Assembly (NCBI RefSeq): GCF_964194025.1
Contig: NC_134473.1
Coordinates: 5,332,001 to 5,396,000 of the forward strand
Origin: Convolutriloba macropyga
Taxonomy: Eukaryota
Direction of reading: 5' to 3'
DNA: 64,000 nt
Part shown: positions 21,030 through 35,300 of the stretch, piece after piece
Numbering within the stretch: the stretch's first letter is position 1
Layout of the letters: each line of letters opens with the position of its first letter
The notes under the pieces: generated by a model
What the model saw: only the letters and a program-made list of their open reading frames with translations
The model's database searches: none
What the model was told of the DNA's origin: nothing
Program-made: the position numbers and the translations under genes

Positions 21030-24000
21030 GGTAGCGAATCAGCAGCAACAATAATATTTGTAACCAAAATAAATCTCTGAAAAAATCCATTGCGATAAAT
21101 TGATTGAGGTCTATTTAGTCGGCATTTGCAAACATTTTTTTGAAGTGCTTATTCTTCATTCAATTTTAAATTTTCTTTAACTTTCTTAAACGGCAACATT
21201 ACCAATATATAATCACGGAGTTCTCAAATTGGTACTTTTTAAAACAAGGAGGCTAGGGGTAATGTCCGTTCGCACAAAATGTTCCGACACCACTCATCCA
21301 CTTTTTAAACATAATTGTCCACCAAAAGGAGGAAAAGATAGAACATTTTCAAAAAAAAGCACATTGTTCAAAAATAATTGGTGTATCAGTAAAAAAAATG
21401 TTTTAACTGAAACCACTAAGCAAATTGAACAATGCCGCATTAGAGGGCCAACGAGACCTGCTATTAATAAGACTACAAGACGAGACAAACAACAAATATG
21501 AAATAACAGACATAATTTACGACAAAAAATCAATGTCTATTTTTTAAAAAAAAGAAGCACATAACAGCAAACACAAAACAGCGTCAGATAAAACCAATAA
21601 AAGAAATTAATTTATACTCCTTTATAAAGATATGGAACCAGTCCTGAATCAGATTAGATTAAAATTGTACAAAAAACAGAAAGGTGCAAAGTTTAAAAAA
21701 CGCTTACTTTTTTGGATAAAAGTTAAATTCGAAATGATGAAAAACATTAGTTTTCAGAAGAAATCGTAAAAAAGGTTAATTTAGGCCTACATAGGAAGCC
21801 ACTGAGACCCTTCACTATTCAGAATATGTTTATGACTACAGAGAAAAAAAACGAGAAATAGTCAAAAATGAAAAACAAAAAAAAAATTGCGATAAAACGG
21901 TGTCGCAGCCGTTAAAACAAAAATCTACATACACAGCATAAATGTTCAAAGTTGCCTTTTCAACGCCATTATTGTCATATGTGAATTATTATTAACGTAA
22001 TAATGTGACAAGATCACAAAAAAAGAATCTCGCAAACTGGCAAGTCTACAAAGACCAAAAAAAATATGACAATTTATGAGCCACAAAACCAATACTAAAA
22101 ACTGAAAACACAATTCCGATTAAATTTTAAATTACTCAGAAATTAAGAAAGAAGATGCCAACTCTCCCAGCGCGGGGACAGACTAAGCTACAAAATGTCG
22201 AAAATAAGAAAAAATTGCCACCAATTGCAAATTTAGAAGTTATAACATCATAAGCTTTCAGTTATAAAAGTAAGAGATAGATTAAAAAACAAATGCATAA
22301 GAAGTCAGTTGAACCTGAAATTGGTGACACTAAGTCATAAGACATCAAAATGAAATCAAATACAGGCAGAATTTAAAATTTTAAACAATTTTAAGCGAAG
22401 TGTGAAAGCTGTGAAAACTAAGAGGTTTTCACTGAAAATACAATATATTTTTCTTGGTCCTCATTTAAACGTAAACAGAACATCCCAAAGTTCGGGCCGG
22501 TTTTGAAAACATCCTGGTCAGCGAGTACCAAAAAAAGGCCCAATTTGAAAAGACGGCACCCTAGAAAAATCTAAAAAGTTTGGTAGAAAAATCCACGGTC
22601 AGACCATAATTATCCTTGCTATTGCTGCTCGTCCATTGAACACATATTTTTCCAAATTTCAGTTGAACAGATAATTTGACAAAACAGGTCAACGTCAAAA
22701 ATGGTGAATTTTGGATATTTATCGAGTGAAAAGAGCAAAAACCAGCAAACTCTTAGCTCCAGAGCACTCTCATAGGAAACAGAAGTAAACTAAACTCTCT
22801 TAGAAATTTGAGAGTATTGTTTCAGCAGTTTTTATGCAAGTACTTCAGGCAAATTTCATCAGAGTGCGCTAAAAAAGCATATGAATAAAAAGTTGAATTT
22901 TAGCCAAAGGTTGGATCTAACAGTTCCACAACACTCCTTTGTCTTCGAAGGTAAAACAAATAACCAAATAACATTATCACTATCAAGTATAAAATTTTAG
23001 CAAAATTAACAAATATTAGCAAAAAATATTCAAAATATAAACCAAACAACGAAAATAGTTTCTATCCCACTAACGTGAGTTGGAAAAATAATCCGTGTAA
23101 TAAATAAACTACAATAGCTTTTTCATAAGGAGCACGTAAATCTATCTTAGGCTCTCAACTACTTTTGCATATACACGGTAACGAACCTTTTCTTCTTTGA
23201 TCAACTTAAAATGTTAATCTTAAATTTGATCAACTTAAAATGTTATTATACCGTAAATGTCATAATTTCCTGATTGTACATTTACAATCATATATCAACC
23301 AAAACGACACAGCAAATTGATTTAAGTAAACTTGTGAAAAAGTTCAATTCAAAGTTCGAGAAGTTAAATATCTCCAGAATTAGTACAACTCAAATTCAAT
23401 TAAAAATCATCAGATCAAAAAACAAAAAATAAAATTCAGGACCTATGAACTAAAGAAAACGCTCACACAGAATTAACATACTTCACAGATCACAATGTGC
23501 TCTAAACCAAAAAAAGAACGTACTGATAAAACACAAATTTTATGTCCATACATTTTCTAACCCAATACGATTAGTAATGTTTTACAGAAAGGTAAAAACA
23601 AAGAAAACAATAGAGGTCTGAAATCATTTCATTATACTTACAACCTACATCTGACAGGCAATCATGATTCCGAATGTTTTCATGGGAAAAGTTTGATACC
23701 GAATGATCAAAATCATTTCACTGAAAAAATGTTCAGAAAAACACAATAGATCGGATTAAAATGGTTAACTTTTTAATTCGGTTCTTTGATCAAAAATTGA
23801 TTAATAGGACAGGTCTCCAAGTAAGAAATAGATAAGACTACCTAAATATAAACTAAATCAAATATTATTAATGTATTTTGTTACGAGGCAGGTCCCTCGC
23901 TCAATTTTTGAGCCACAAATTGTGCTCCATAGAAAAACCGTCAATCTGTTATCTATAACACTTTCGCTTTTATTTTCCCTGTTAGATCGTTTTAACAGGG

Positions 24001-24572
24001 AGGACATTCAAAAAGCCTACAACTATTTTTGTACAAAATGTTCCAAAATACCACCAAACGTCAAATTATGGCCCAGTTGTGCCTCTATTTTGTCTCAAAA
24101 TAAAAAAAAATGCGGGTTTTCACTTCAAAAAATTCCAAAGCTAATTGAGTAGTTGCCATGTCGCCAGAGCTCACAAGAAAGTAAAAATGTTCACAATATG
24201 CTCAAAACTGATTGTACTTCAGTTTTTAGCAAAGGCTGCCACTTACAAATTATCAATGATTATGTCATCTAGCTTCAACGAAATTCTACGAAGGCAAGTA
24301 GGAATAAATGCGAGTAAAAAGTCAAGACAGAAGGTAATATTTTTCAAATAAAGCAAAGCAGGTGACGAGCTGATAGAAAATTAAACAAAGCTCAACGTTT
24401 TTGTTCACAAAGTATGCATTAAAACGAGTTTATTTTAACACGTGCATCTAAATGATACTGAACGCAAAAAAGCACCAAAATAAAAACCACCAATCTTATT
24501 TTTACGTTTCATTCGAACTGTTTGCTTGCTACAGCAGTGATCACCAATTCCAGCAAAAACCGTGTAAATAAA

Positions 24573-25775
24573 ATGGCCGTGCCTTATTCAAACACAAAGC
24601 TAAGACCTCCGCGAGGTTTTCAGAACCTTCTAGAAGGATTGGCACGCGAAGTTCTCAGAAATCAACCAGCAGATATCCCTTCATTTGCCGCACAGTACTT
24701 CGCCGACCTCCTACAACGCCGAGAGGAAGGCGGGTACGATCCGGAGGGCTTCCTAGATCCTGCTAACTTGGGTGCCAAGCATGAAGATCGGTACTATAAC
24801 TACGACAAAAAAGAGGCCTTAAGACAACCCGACCTATCAAAATCCCCAACGCCGCCTTCTGAGGGCAGGCCAAAGTCCAGACCTATGAGCTCGAAGCTGT
24901 CACGAGCACCTCCCGCAGAACCGGCGGAGCAAGAAACAGAAGTTTCACAGGAAGCAGAGCCTTCTGCCGAAGAACAAGCACCCGAAGTCACTGTGGAGCC
25001 GGAAGCAGAACCCGAAACAGCTCCTGAAGTTGAGGCACCTCAAGTAGAAGAGCAAGTCCATGCAGAAAGTGCTCCTCAAGAAACGGAACAAGAAGCTCCA
25101 CCTGTCGTAGACGATGCAGAACCAACTAGCACCGAAGCTGAACAAGAACCCGAACAGACAACAGCTGAAGAGGATTCACCGGCAGACGCTCCTGACGATG
25201 TGGAACAAAACCAGGAGCCAGCACCTCAGCAAGAAGAACAAGAGCCGGAACAAACCGAAGTTGCCGAGGACCCAAGCGAGGCTGCAGAACCAGACGAGGG
25301 TGTCGAGACTGGTCGAACTGAAGAGGAACCCCCTGTTGAAGACGAAACGCAGGATGAACAACCCGTAGAGGAAACACCAGCCGATGAAGAGCAAACTACG
25401 GAGGGCGAGGCTGAACAAACAGCAGAGCCAGAAACTGCTGAAGAACAAGTTAACGAAGCTGAGAACGTCGATCAAGAGCCCGCAGCTGATGGCGACCCAG
25501 AGGCTGAAACCGAAGCCGAGCCAGTAGCAGAACCAGAGCAGACAGCATTACCCGATGAGCCAACCGAAGGCGAAGCACCGGAAGAACCAGCCACTGAAAC
25601 TCAGGAAGAACAACCCGGCCCTGCAGAAGAACCGGCGGCTGAGGAACAACCAGCTGACAAAACCGCAGCCAATGAGGAAACAGAACCAGCACCTTCAGGT
25701 GAAGTTGAACAACCCGAAGATAACGAAGCACCTGCAGCTGAAGGCGATGTTGAACAGACAGAAAATGAGGCTTAA
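24573..25775 (+). CDS. SPA17: sperm surface protein Sp17-like: N-terminal RIIa dimerisation/docking domain plus long Glu/Pro/Ala-rich disordered tail
   Basis: MAVPYSNTKLRPPRGFQNLLEGLAREVLRNQPADIPSFAAQYF and EDRYYN match the Sp17 N-terminus; ATG in AAAATGG context; single open frame. Confidence 0.8.
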   Translation: MAVPYSNTKLRPPRGFQNLLEGLAREVLRNQPADIPSFAAQYFADLLQRREEGGYDPEGFLDPANLGAKHEDRYYNYDKKEALRQPDLSKSPTPPSEGRPKSRPMSSKLSRAPPAEPAEQETEVSQEAEPSAEEQAPEVTVEPEAEPETAPEVEAPQVEEQVHAESAPQETEQEAPPVVDDAEPTSTEAEQEPEQTTAEEDSPADAPDDVEQNQEPAPQQEEQEPEQTEVAEDPSEAAEPDEGVETGRTEEEPPVEDETQDEQPVEETPADEEQTTEGEAEQTAEPETAEEQVNEAENVDQEPAADGDPEAETEAEPVAEPEQTALPDEPTEGEAPEEPATETQEEQPGPAEEPAAEEQPADKTAANEETEPAPSGEVEQPEDNEAPAAEGDVEQTENEA

Positions 25776-26819
25776 TTTAGAAATAATTTTTCATATTAAA
25801 ACGGTGGGAATTTTAATGGAAGACTAAAGCAATCATTATGCACAATCACCTTCTACTCGTAATCAAAATTTATCCTTTCCCAATCTACTTTTATGATGAA
25901 CACTTTTTATAGTAGAGAAGTCTGCGTATATTCAACTAATAACATTGTCACGATTCCATAAATGGGCAAAAACAAAATTAACTGAGCTTACGTGACGTCA
26001 TTTCAGAGAAAAAGGATGCCCAATCAACTAATTAAGTTATGGTCCGCCTACTTTGTTTAAATACTCTATATTAAAATTCAATCAACTTTAACAACGCCAA
26101 ATAACATAGGAACTTTAAAAACAATTACTGCCCCTCAACTGAGAAGTATTATTTTTATTCAGCGAAATTCTTCTGTCGAAAGTAAGACTATTCAATTTTA
26201 TTCTATCCCTCAAAACTGTGAGCATAAAGCTGACTAAAAGTACAACATCAATATCCCAAAATTGAACTTTCAAAACTAGTGGATCAAAACCGGTCAAAAA
26301 CAGGTAAGAAGCAACCTACTCAATATCAAAAACGTTTTTCTCGTGTTGCAAGGAATTGTACCACAATAGGTAAGCTTGTCTCACTCGGATAAAAAAACGC
26401 TGAAAATCAAAAACCAAGCTTCAAATGCTGTAAAAAATGAGAAATTTCATTTTCGACAGACGTCATCAATAGAAATAGAAGCTGTGGCCTATCTGGTCCA
26501 TAATTAGTTTCTAGACAACAGAAAATTTTGCTAGAACAACGCTAGGATTCAAGTGTTGCCTCCACAAAACCAATTTAGCACTTTTAAAATCATCTTAGCA
26601 CCAAATGACAAATTCTATCCCTTTCCTGTATTAAAATGGAGTGTCCATCACATAAATTCAATTTTCAAATTTTCGTTTTCACTTCTTCTTATGTTAGGTC
26701 GAAAATGTTCGATTTTTCGGGGTGGGATAATATTGCACCGTTCCAAAATAATGAAAGTCATCGAGGGACGTTGACTGAATGAGTGCATTATCACATCCTC
26801 GAAATCCTGAAAAATCCTT

Positions 26820-27031
26820 GTTTGTGATAAGTCTTTTGAAAGACTACTGATTCAAGCAAACGATAACACAAAGTTCAAACTTTGGAAATTGAAAGTTAAC
26901 GCACGCTGAAGAGGGTGAGGTCTTCCGAGCTATAAGAGACACAATTTCGAACTGACACAATTTGAGAAAACGTTCGAACTTTGAGTTCACTTTTGCTTGA
27001 ATCAAGTCTTTTAGAAGACTTTTATCACAAA
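26820..27031. mobile_element. MITE-like element, ~210 bp, ~40-bp imperfect TIRs
   Basis: GTTTGTGATAAGTCTTTTGAAAGACTACTGATTCAAGCAAA matches the reverse complement of TTTGCTTGAATCAAGTCTTTTAGAAGACTTTTATCACAAAC. Confidence 0.6.
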
Positions 27032-27775
27032 CTAACCTTAATTTTAGGATCTTGATGTGTGATAATAACAGCAACAGCCAAAAACATTCAAGGGACAAAA
27101 TTGTCCGGCTTCTCAACGCAAAAACTAGAACATTTCGATAATGAACAGTATTTTAAAGCAAAAATCATGTCTTAGAACCGAAAATGTCGGAAAGTCACGA
27201 ATTTTAAAGTATTTCATATTCTTTGTGAGAGAAACAAACTGCATGAAAAAAATAAACAAGGGAAATCAAAATTCGAAAAACAACCAAAAATTTCTGTCGA
27301 TTTGAGAAACAATTAAAAAACTCCAAAAAGTTTAAACTTCAAATTGAAGACTGCAGCACTTTTAAGGATCAAAGTCTCGCTTCAAAATTTTTCAAACCAA
27401 TATTGCAAGCAGATCACGGGCAAAAACCACGAATTATATTGTTCATTCCTGCAGTTAGAACAAACCAGGGAATCTTAGCAAGAGGAAGAAACGAAATGAG
27501 GACAAATGAAAACGGAAGCTCTAGGAAAGAAAAAATGATACTTAATTAAAAAAGACTTCAATTAACATTAAATTTGCAATGTTAATTGAAGTCATTTACA
27601 TCAATGAATAGAAAACTCAAGGCTAGGAGGGTAAACGAAAACAATTTAACGCAAAAATATTCAAATGACCCAAAAACGAGCTCAATTATTCGAATTTTCT
27701 CTGCTCAATTGAGTTATGAGGCTCGAATAATCGGCTAATTAAATGCTAATATCTCATCTAATATTTCATTTTCCT

Positions 27776-30700
27776 TAACCCTAAAAAACTAGTAGCAAAA
27801 AACTGCTACATAACAAGTACTGGAAACTACTTTCTCTTTCACTTTAGCAACATCCTACTGCATTTATTATTCTTTGTGAGAAAAATTGTTTCCTGGTGTA
27901 ACAATTTGTCCCCGCGCTCATGGAAAAATAAAACACGAACTGTGGATAATTTGACTTATCAAAGAAATCATAGCATTGAAAACGGTTAAAACCGAAAATT
28001 CAACTCACTTTTTAGAAAATGACAAATTTGGTTCGTTTTTTAGATAACCTCGAACTGACTTCTAAACTTAGACGTACGTTATTGCTTTCTGGTTTCGATC
28101 TTTGCGGTGAAAACTGTCATTGTTGAAGATGAAAATTAGCAGACAAAAGCAGGCTTTTGCCTAATGATAATTAAAAGACGGTTGGATCAAAAATATTTAA
28201 CTTCAATTACTGATGACACCTCAAATAAATTTTCACAACAACCTTTAAGTCTCTAATTTTGTGGGCATATCAAATATTTGACGGTCATGAAAAATAAAAG
28301 AGCTTTCGACCCAACGAACTTATTTCTCCACAATCGAGTCATCGAATTTCGAAATTTTGCTTCCATTCCACTAACTTAAAGCCACTATCTCGCCTGGAAA
28401 ATCTGATCTGCGTTAATACTATATGCAGCACTTCATAAATCTGGTGCTTAAGTACTGGAAACTATTGTTTCCAGTATTTGGAAACTAACTCGTTCATTTT
28501 ATCAATCACCTTTAAAAAAACAATTCGCAAAAAAACGTGTTTCCCTGTATACCACTTTTTGCACGAGCTCATGGAGAAATCTGTTGATTACTAACGTGGA
28601 GCGTTGAAATTTTAGTTTGACAGCCGCATAGGTGGGTAAAATGTTTAAGTGGGTGAAATGTTGCTTTATGACAAATTAAAGACGATTGGAGAAAAAATCA
28701 CTCACAATGGTATATCAAATAATTGTTCACTCAAGAGCATTGCACTTTGTTACCGTATCATCTAATGACATAAAACGTAGCTGACAGACTGACAGAAAAT
28801 AACTGCAATAGCTTTGTAGACAATTTTTTATTCGCACTAACAATTTATTCTCAAAATGACTTTAAAAAATTCAGACCGGAGAGAAATTTGTTTTCTGAAG
28901 TTATTTCTGAAATGACACATAATAAAGCCCTTCTTAAAGTGCTCTTATGGAAAAAATGCTTTTGTTCATATGAAAAAAAACGCCTTGAAGACTTCAAATT
29001 GAATTTATGAATATCAGCAATAATTCGTTTAAAAGACACTCCAATCTATGGCCTTTTATGTTAAGTTTCACAATATTTTCTGCAGCATTTTTCACAAAAT
29101 TAAAGTCAAACCCAAGATACAGAATTCACATATCTGGTCAGTCAGAAGTATGGAAACTTAGCGTTAAATGCTTGTTTATAATCCTGGCTGAATGATTACT
29201 CAATATTTCACATACACACATTTCCTATGTTGATACAATGCGAAATATTCTCAAAAATCGCGTTGAGTACAGAAGATAAACATCTTTTTGGGTTAACTAG
29301 TTCTATAGGAGTTTCCGATAGAGCCTCGGGCCACTGAGGCACTGTTATCGCCCGCACTTTTATCGTAAGAAAAGTGGTCAATCATTACATCTAAAACTAG
29401 GCCATATCGAAGGTAAGCCATTCGACCAGAATGAAAAATCTACATTTTGGTACGTATTATTTTCGTATGATCTATAATAGCCCGTGATTAGAAAAAATTT
29501 TTGTATACAAACGCATCGACTGTGTTAGGTTATACTCTCCATAACCCTAAAAAACTAGTAGCAAAAAACTGCTACATAACAAGTACTGGAAACTACTTTC
29601 TCTTTCACTTTAGCAACATCCTACTGTATTTATTATTCTTTGTGAGAAAAATTGTTTCCTGGTGTAACAATTTGTCCCCGCGCTCAAGGAAAAATAAAAC
29701 ACGAACTGTGGATAATTTGACTTATCAAAGAAATCATAGCATTGAAAACGGTTAAAACCGAAAATTCAACTCACTTTTTAAAAAATGACAAATTTGGTTC
29801 GTTTTTTAGATAACCTCGAACTGACTTCTAAACTTAGACGTACGTTATTGCTTTCTGGTTTCGATCTTTGCGGTGAAAACTGTCATTGTTGAAGATGAAA
29901 ATTAGCAGACAAAGGCAGGCTTTTGCCTAATGATAATTAAAAGACGGTTGGATCAAAAATATTTAACTTCAATTACTGATGACACCTCAAATAAATTTTC
30001 AAAACAACCTTTAAGTCTCTAATTTTGTGGGCATATCAAATATTTGACGGTCATGAAAAATAAAAGAGCTTTCGACCCAACGAACTTATTTCTCCACAAT
30101 CGAGTCATCGAATTTCGAAATTTTGCTTCCATTCCACTAACTTAAAGCCACTATCTCGCCTGGAAAATCTGATCTGCGTTAATACTATATGCAGCACTTC
30201 ATAAATCTGGTGCTTAAGTACTGGAAACTATTGTTTCCAGTATTTGGAAACTAACTCGTTCATTTTATCAATCACCTTTAAAAAAACAATTCCCAAAAAA
30301 ACGTGTTTCCCTGTATACCACTTTTTGCACGAGCTCATGGAGAAATCTGTTGATTACTAACGTGGAGCGTTGAAATTTTAGTTTGACAGCCGCATAGGTG
30401 GGTAAAATGTTTAAGTGGGTGAAATGTTGCTTTATGACAAATTAAAGACGATTGGAGAAAAAATCACTCACAATGGTATATCAAATAATTGTTCACTCAA
30501 GAGCATTGCACTTTGTTACCGTATCATCTAATGACATAAAACGTAGCTGACAGACTGACAGAAAATAACTGCAATAGCTTTGTAGACAATTTTTTATTCG
30601 CACTAACAATTTATTCTCAAAATGACTTTAAAAAATTCAGACCGGAGAGAAATTTGTTTTCTGAAGTTATTTCTGAAATGACACATAATAAAGCCCTTCT

Positions 30701-31247
30701 TAAAGTGCTCTTATGGAGAAAATGCTTTTGTTCATATGAAAAAAACGCCTTGAAGACTTCAAATTGAATTTATGAATATCAGCAATAATTCGTTTAAAAG
30801 ACACTCCAATCTATGGCCTTTTATGTTAAGTTTCACAATATTTTCTGCAGCATTTTTCACAAAATTAAAGTCAAACCCAAGATACAGAATTCACATATCT
30901 GGTCAGTCAGAAGTATGGAAACTTAGCGTTAAATGCTTGTTTATAATCCTGGCTGAATGATTACTCAATATTTCACATACACACATTTCCTATGTTGATA
31001 CAATGCGAAATATTCTCAAAAATCGCGTTGAGTACAGAAGATAAACATCTTTTTGGGTTAACTAGTTCTATAGGAGTTTCCGATAGAGCCTCGGGCCATT
31101 GAGGCACTGTTATCGCCCGCACTGTTATCGTAAAAAAGTGGTCAATCATTACATCTAAAACTAGGCCATATCGAAGTTAAGCCATTCGACCAGAATGAAA
31201 AATCTACATTTTGTATACAAACGCATCGACTGTGTTAGGTTATACTC
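27776..31247. repeat. tandem duplication, period ~1766 bp, two near-identical non-coding copies
   Basis: Both copies start TAACCCTAAAAAACTAGTAGC (27776, 29542) and end GTTAGGTTATACTC; copy 2 lacks ~50 bp (~29449-29500) bounded by TTTTG microhomology. Confidence 0.95.
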
Positions 31248-32195
31248 AAATCAGAGAACAGGAAACAGTTCTAAAATTACCCAAGTCTGTTTAGGGCTCT
31301 TTTCCACTAGACACTAGGCATCGCCCAAGTCCATTAAGAAGGGAGCCTTTCGTCCTTCATAATAATGAATTGAGTTCTCTGATCTTAAGACAAAAGTAGT
31401 CATGGGTGATATACCATGCGAGTAATTAGCTGAATTAGATATATCAAGCCAAGCCAACCCCCCCCCCCCCCACCGTCCGCTCCCATAACACGCGAAACAA
31501 TATTGTTTTCATGAACCTGTGTGGACAAGGAACTAATAATTGTCTTCATAATTTGACTTTTTACAGCTAGCTCACGGTATTGCTATTCACATTCACAATT
31601 CAATACAAAATACCAACAAATAACTTGTCATTCTGCGAGATTCTGTGGGGTGGGGTGCTGGGGTGGCGGGTGCTTGTTCAATTTGTTCCACAAGACTACT
31701 CAAAAGCCAGACTATTGGGCTATTTGAAATCTAGTACTTTGATGTTGTTTATATCACAGGCTTGTCTACCATTTCAACCCGAGTTAATCGCAATCCAATT
31801 CAGTCTTTCTGAAGAACTTAAAAGAATTTAGGCCAAAAACAATAAGGCCCACTTTCTTCAGAAGTTAATTACCCATTGTCTCAGCCATATACTCCCTTGT
31901 GTGTCAACTCAATCAAAAACAGTGCAGCGAGCAAACTTTCACAGGTAAAACTTTTGAAGAACTGTACCCCCCCCCCAAAAAAAAAAAACGCTTTCATTAC
32001 ATTGTTATACACAAACCAAAGATTATCTTTGCAAAGACAATGGCTCGTATAGCCTTATAAGAACCTATATACAACGAATGTTCAAGATAAGAATTATTTA
32101 GGATAATTATAGTTGTGGGAGGGGGAGGCAGTTAGTACCAAAGATCGAGCATTCCAGACAAAATCGTAATAACGATCAAAACGAACTAGTTCTTT

Positions 32196-32375
32196 CGGAT
32201 CTTTTCCGTTTGTGCCCCCCCCCCCCCCCCCGCTCAGTGGGTGCATATTATTTGCAACCCCCCGACGCACGTGCAATATTTTTACATAATGATTTACTAT
32301 GTAATGACACGTGCTCTGTCACTGGGGGGAGCATAACGTACTGGGGGGGGGGGGGGCACAAACGGAAAAGAGCCG
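32196..32375. mobile_element. 180-bp MITE, CGGATC-terminus family, poly-C/poly-G TIRs, 6-bp TSD
   Basis: CGGATCTTTTCCGTTTGTG(C)n ... (G)nCACAAACGGAAAAGAGCCG; perfect TTCTTT duplication at 32190-32195 and 32376-32381. Confidence 0.85.
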
Positions 32376-35300
32376 TTCTTTCGAACGCCTAGCTTTTCTT
32401 TCCAGCCATCCACTTAAAAACTATTTAGAGCCCTGAATTTGACTTCACTTTAGGGGTAATCAGATAGCCCTGATTCGCGCATCAATTAGCCGTCTAAATT
32501 AGTTAGATTGCAAAAGCCCAAAATGAAAGCAACAAATTGACTGATTCCCGCACACGCATTATTTTTTCGGACAAGCTTGCGGTAGTTTTTTTAGTTCCAT
32601 CGTAATGTGCAGCTACATATGACACTGGTGGATGGTGAAGTCGCTCAAAATTGCTTTGAAAACATTAGCTAAAAAATAACAATTATTTGTGTGCTATAAC
32701 ATCCATTATCAACTGTGCTCATAATACAGTCAATTTAAAATCGCACATAACCTAAATTATTACTCAGCTATGGAAATATTCTCATTCAACATCAATTTCC
32801 TTCCACGAATTTGTAGGACTGCACACGGAATGCTTCATAACGAATGCAACGGGCAAGTAAGTCTATGTTGATTTTAGAAACACTCTGATTGCATTAGTCG
32901 TTTCAAAAATTCAAATCTGAAACTCGACATTTATTTTCAAATTTGAATTTTTCCTGTTGCCAATAATGACCCGGATATAAGGTTCACACATAAACAATGG
33001 AGTATCGCTCCTGCTTTCAAATCAAGCTTAAAATAATTTGGCTTTCAAATATTTTAAATAGAGGTGCACATAATTGCATAGTCGAACTGACTTAGATTAT
33101 CCAAGAAGCATTTATCCCATTTAACTAAATGTCCTAGTTATTATCCCACAATTTAGATCCTTTGGCCTTTCAAAAATGTGAATTTCTTATCGCACAAGGC
33201 TAATTCCAGCTTTTTTCAGTCCCAAGCAGTACCTTATCCGAACTCTCGTTTGACAGTCTCATGAAACAATCCACGCAAAAAGAAAAAAGACGATATTTAA
33301 TTTATGCTCTTTTTTCATCATGCTAACTAGTAGCAGTCAGTTAAACGGTAAGTCTCGTAAACTCATAGTTCGGCTCTCGGATTCCACTAGTTAAATTTTT
33401 AAGGTTTTGTGAAGCTTTTTGAAAGGAAAAAGATTGACTTTCGTCGCATTTCGTGAACATTCTGTCGCATTTGAAAACATTTTAGCAATTTTTAACTTCT
33501 GAAAATTTTCAGAAATACAACAAACAATCAACAAATAAATGTTAGCCTTTTCAAAGCGTGGCCCCATTTATAAACTGTTTTTTGAGGAAAAGAGAACTTA
33601 ACAAAAACAAATTAAGGAAGACAGAATAAATCAAGGCTTAATTTTCAAAAATTATGCAAAAATATTTCCAGAAATTTTATATTCCAAAGCAGGCACTTCT
33701 GAAGCACTAACGAATTTTTATTCGGTTTTTTATCCAAGCACCTAACCCCTAAATCCTAATATTTTTGAAAAACTCGATACGAAAGATTTTTGCGGACATT
33801 TGGATTGAACTACTGATTTCTCTTCTAATAAATTGGCCGTCAATAGGTAAATTTAAAAACGAAAATGGGCTCTCATTCAGATTTTATTATTTGTCTCCGT
33901 AGATCGAGACACACTCCTTTGGTTACTTCTACTTGAATATCATTTGGCTAGCAATACAGAAACGTAAGATTCAAGAAATTTATGGAAGTTTTTGAACAAG
34001 TTTTCGTCTGGATTCAAAATAAGGTAGACAAAATTTTAATTTTTTGCTGATGCATACGTAGCCTTTCAAAGATCTTGAGTAAATTAACAACAGTAAAACT
34101 GGCTAAACAAAGTTTTCCTATTTCAAATTTTTTGGCAGGGAATTTTTAGCTGGGCAAGCATCAGCTCCACCTACGAGTTTAATTGTTTCAAATTGTTGCC
34201 ATATACCTTGTTTAGCGAAACCAATATTGTTTTATAATGCGGTGGGTAGCATAACAAAGACCTCAATTTTTGGCCAGTTTTTGATAACATGATCACAAAA
34301 AATCTGAAGAAAATCTAAACCATTATATAGAAGAGACCCAATTCTTGTTTTTTTTATTGTTGTGAAGACAAACTCCGTGAGAGGCATAATGAAAATTCAG
34401 AAGCAAAACAACTATAGCATGACAAATTAGTACTTTCTTTTCAGGTACTTCATACAATTTTTCAATTACATAGGTTTGGTGACAGCAGCGAATGACTGTT
34501 AGATGATTAAACTTCCTTGGCCGAAACTATTGTTTTCGTTACTTCTATATTTAAACCAACACTAGGTGCAGCATAAGTCATTAACACCCATAATTAGATT
34601 TTCCATATTTGTAAAGTTTTTTTACAATTTCTAAAAACAATTTCCCACATATTTTTCTTATTTAGCACCCATAGTTTTCGCTAATTATGGACAAAGAAAG
34701 CAGTTAGCCATTAGTTTCACGAAAAATGACAAACATTTTTCTTAGGGTTTTTATCAGAAGTGAAAGAACGATATTTTTAAAGGAAAAAAGGATTTAATAA
34801 ACTAGGATACGTAACAACCATTTGTAACATTAACTCAAACCACTTAGTTATTTTGTTGCCGGCTGCTAGTTCGTTTCTTCATATCAAAAACAATTAAATC
34901 AAAAACGAGCAAAATTCACAGTTGAGAAATAATTAACCGTCATTAACTCTTCCAACTTTAGTAACTTTCCGCAATTTTCCTAAAACTAAAAAGAAGTCTT
35001 ATGACAGCAGGCACTAATTAAAAATAAAACTCAAATCAATAGAGAATACTTCATGACGCTTGAGAAGCTAACTACTCGCGTGAACAAATGGAAAAAAAAC
35101 GTAAGCAATGGCTGAACTTCCGTCTGTTTGAAGAATGCGACCGTAATTAAAGGCTCACAAAAATGGAAATTCAGAATAATTAATACAAACGTAACTCGAT
35201 AACTTGAGCACGTGAACAAAAACCGTCCCGTTTCGTTATTGTCAGAAACAATTGATTTTTAAATTCCACCGGAGCCCATTCAAAACAAAATGAATTTCGA

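Noticed and set aside
24800-25827. Overlapping alternative-frame ORFs on the SPA17-like gene
   Set aside because: By-product of low-complexity GAA/CCA-rich coding sequence
29007-30960. Two identical 62-aa ORFs
   Set aside because: Identity comes from the recent tandem duplication, not from selection
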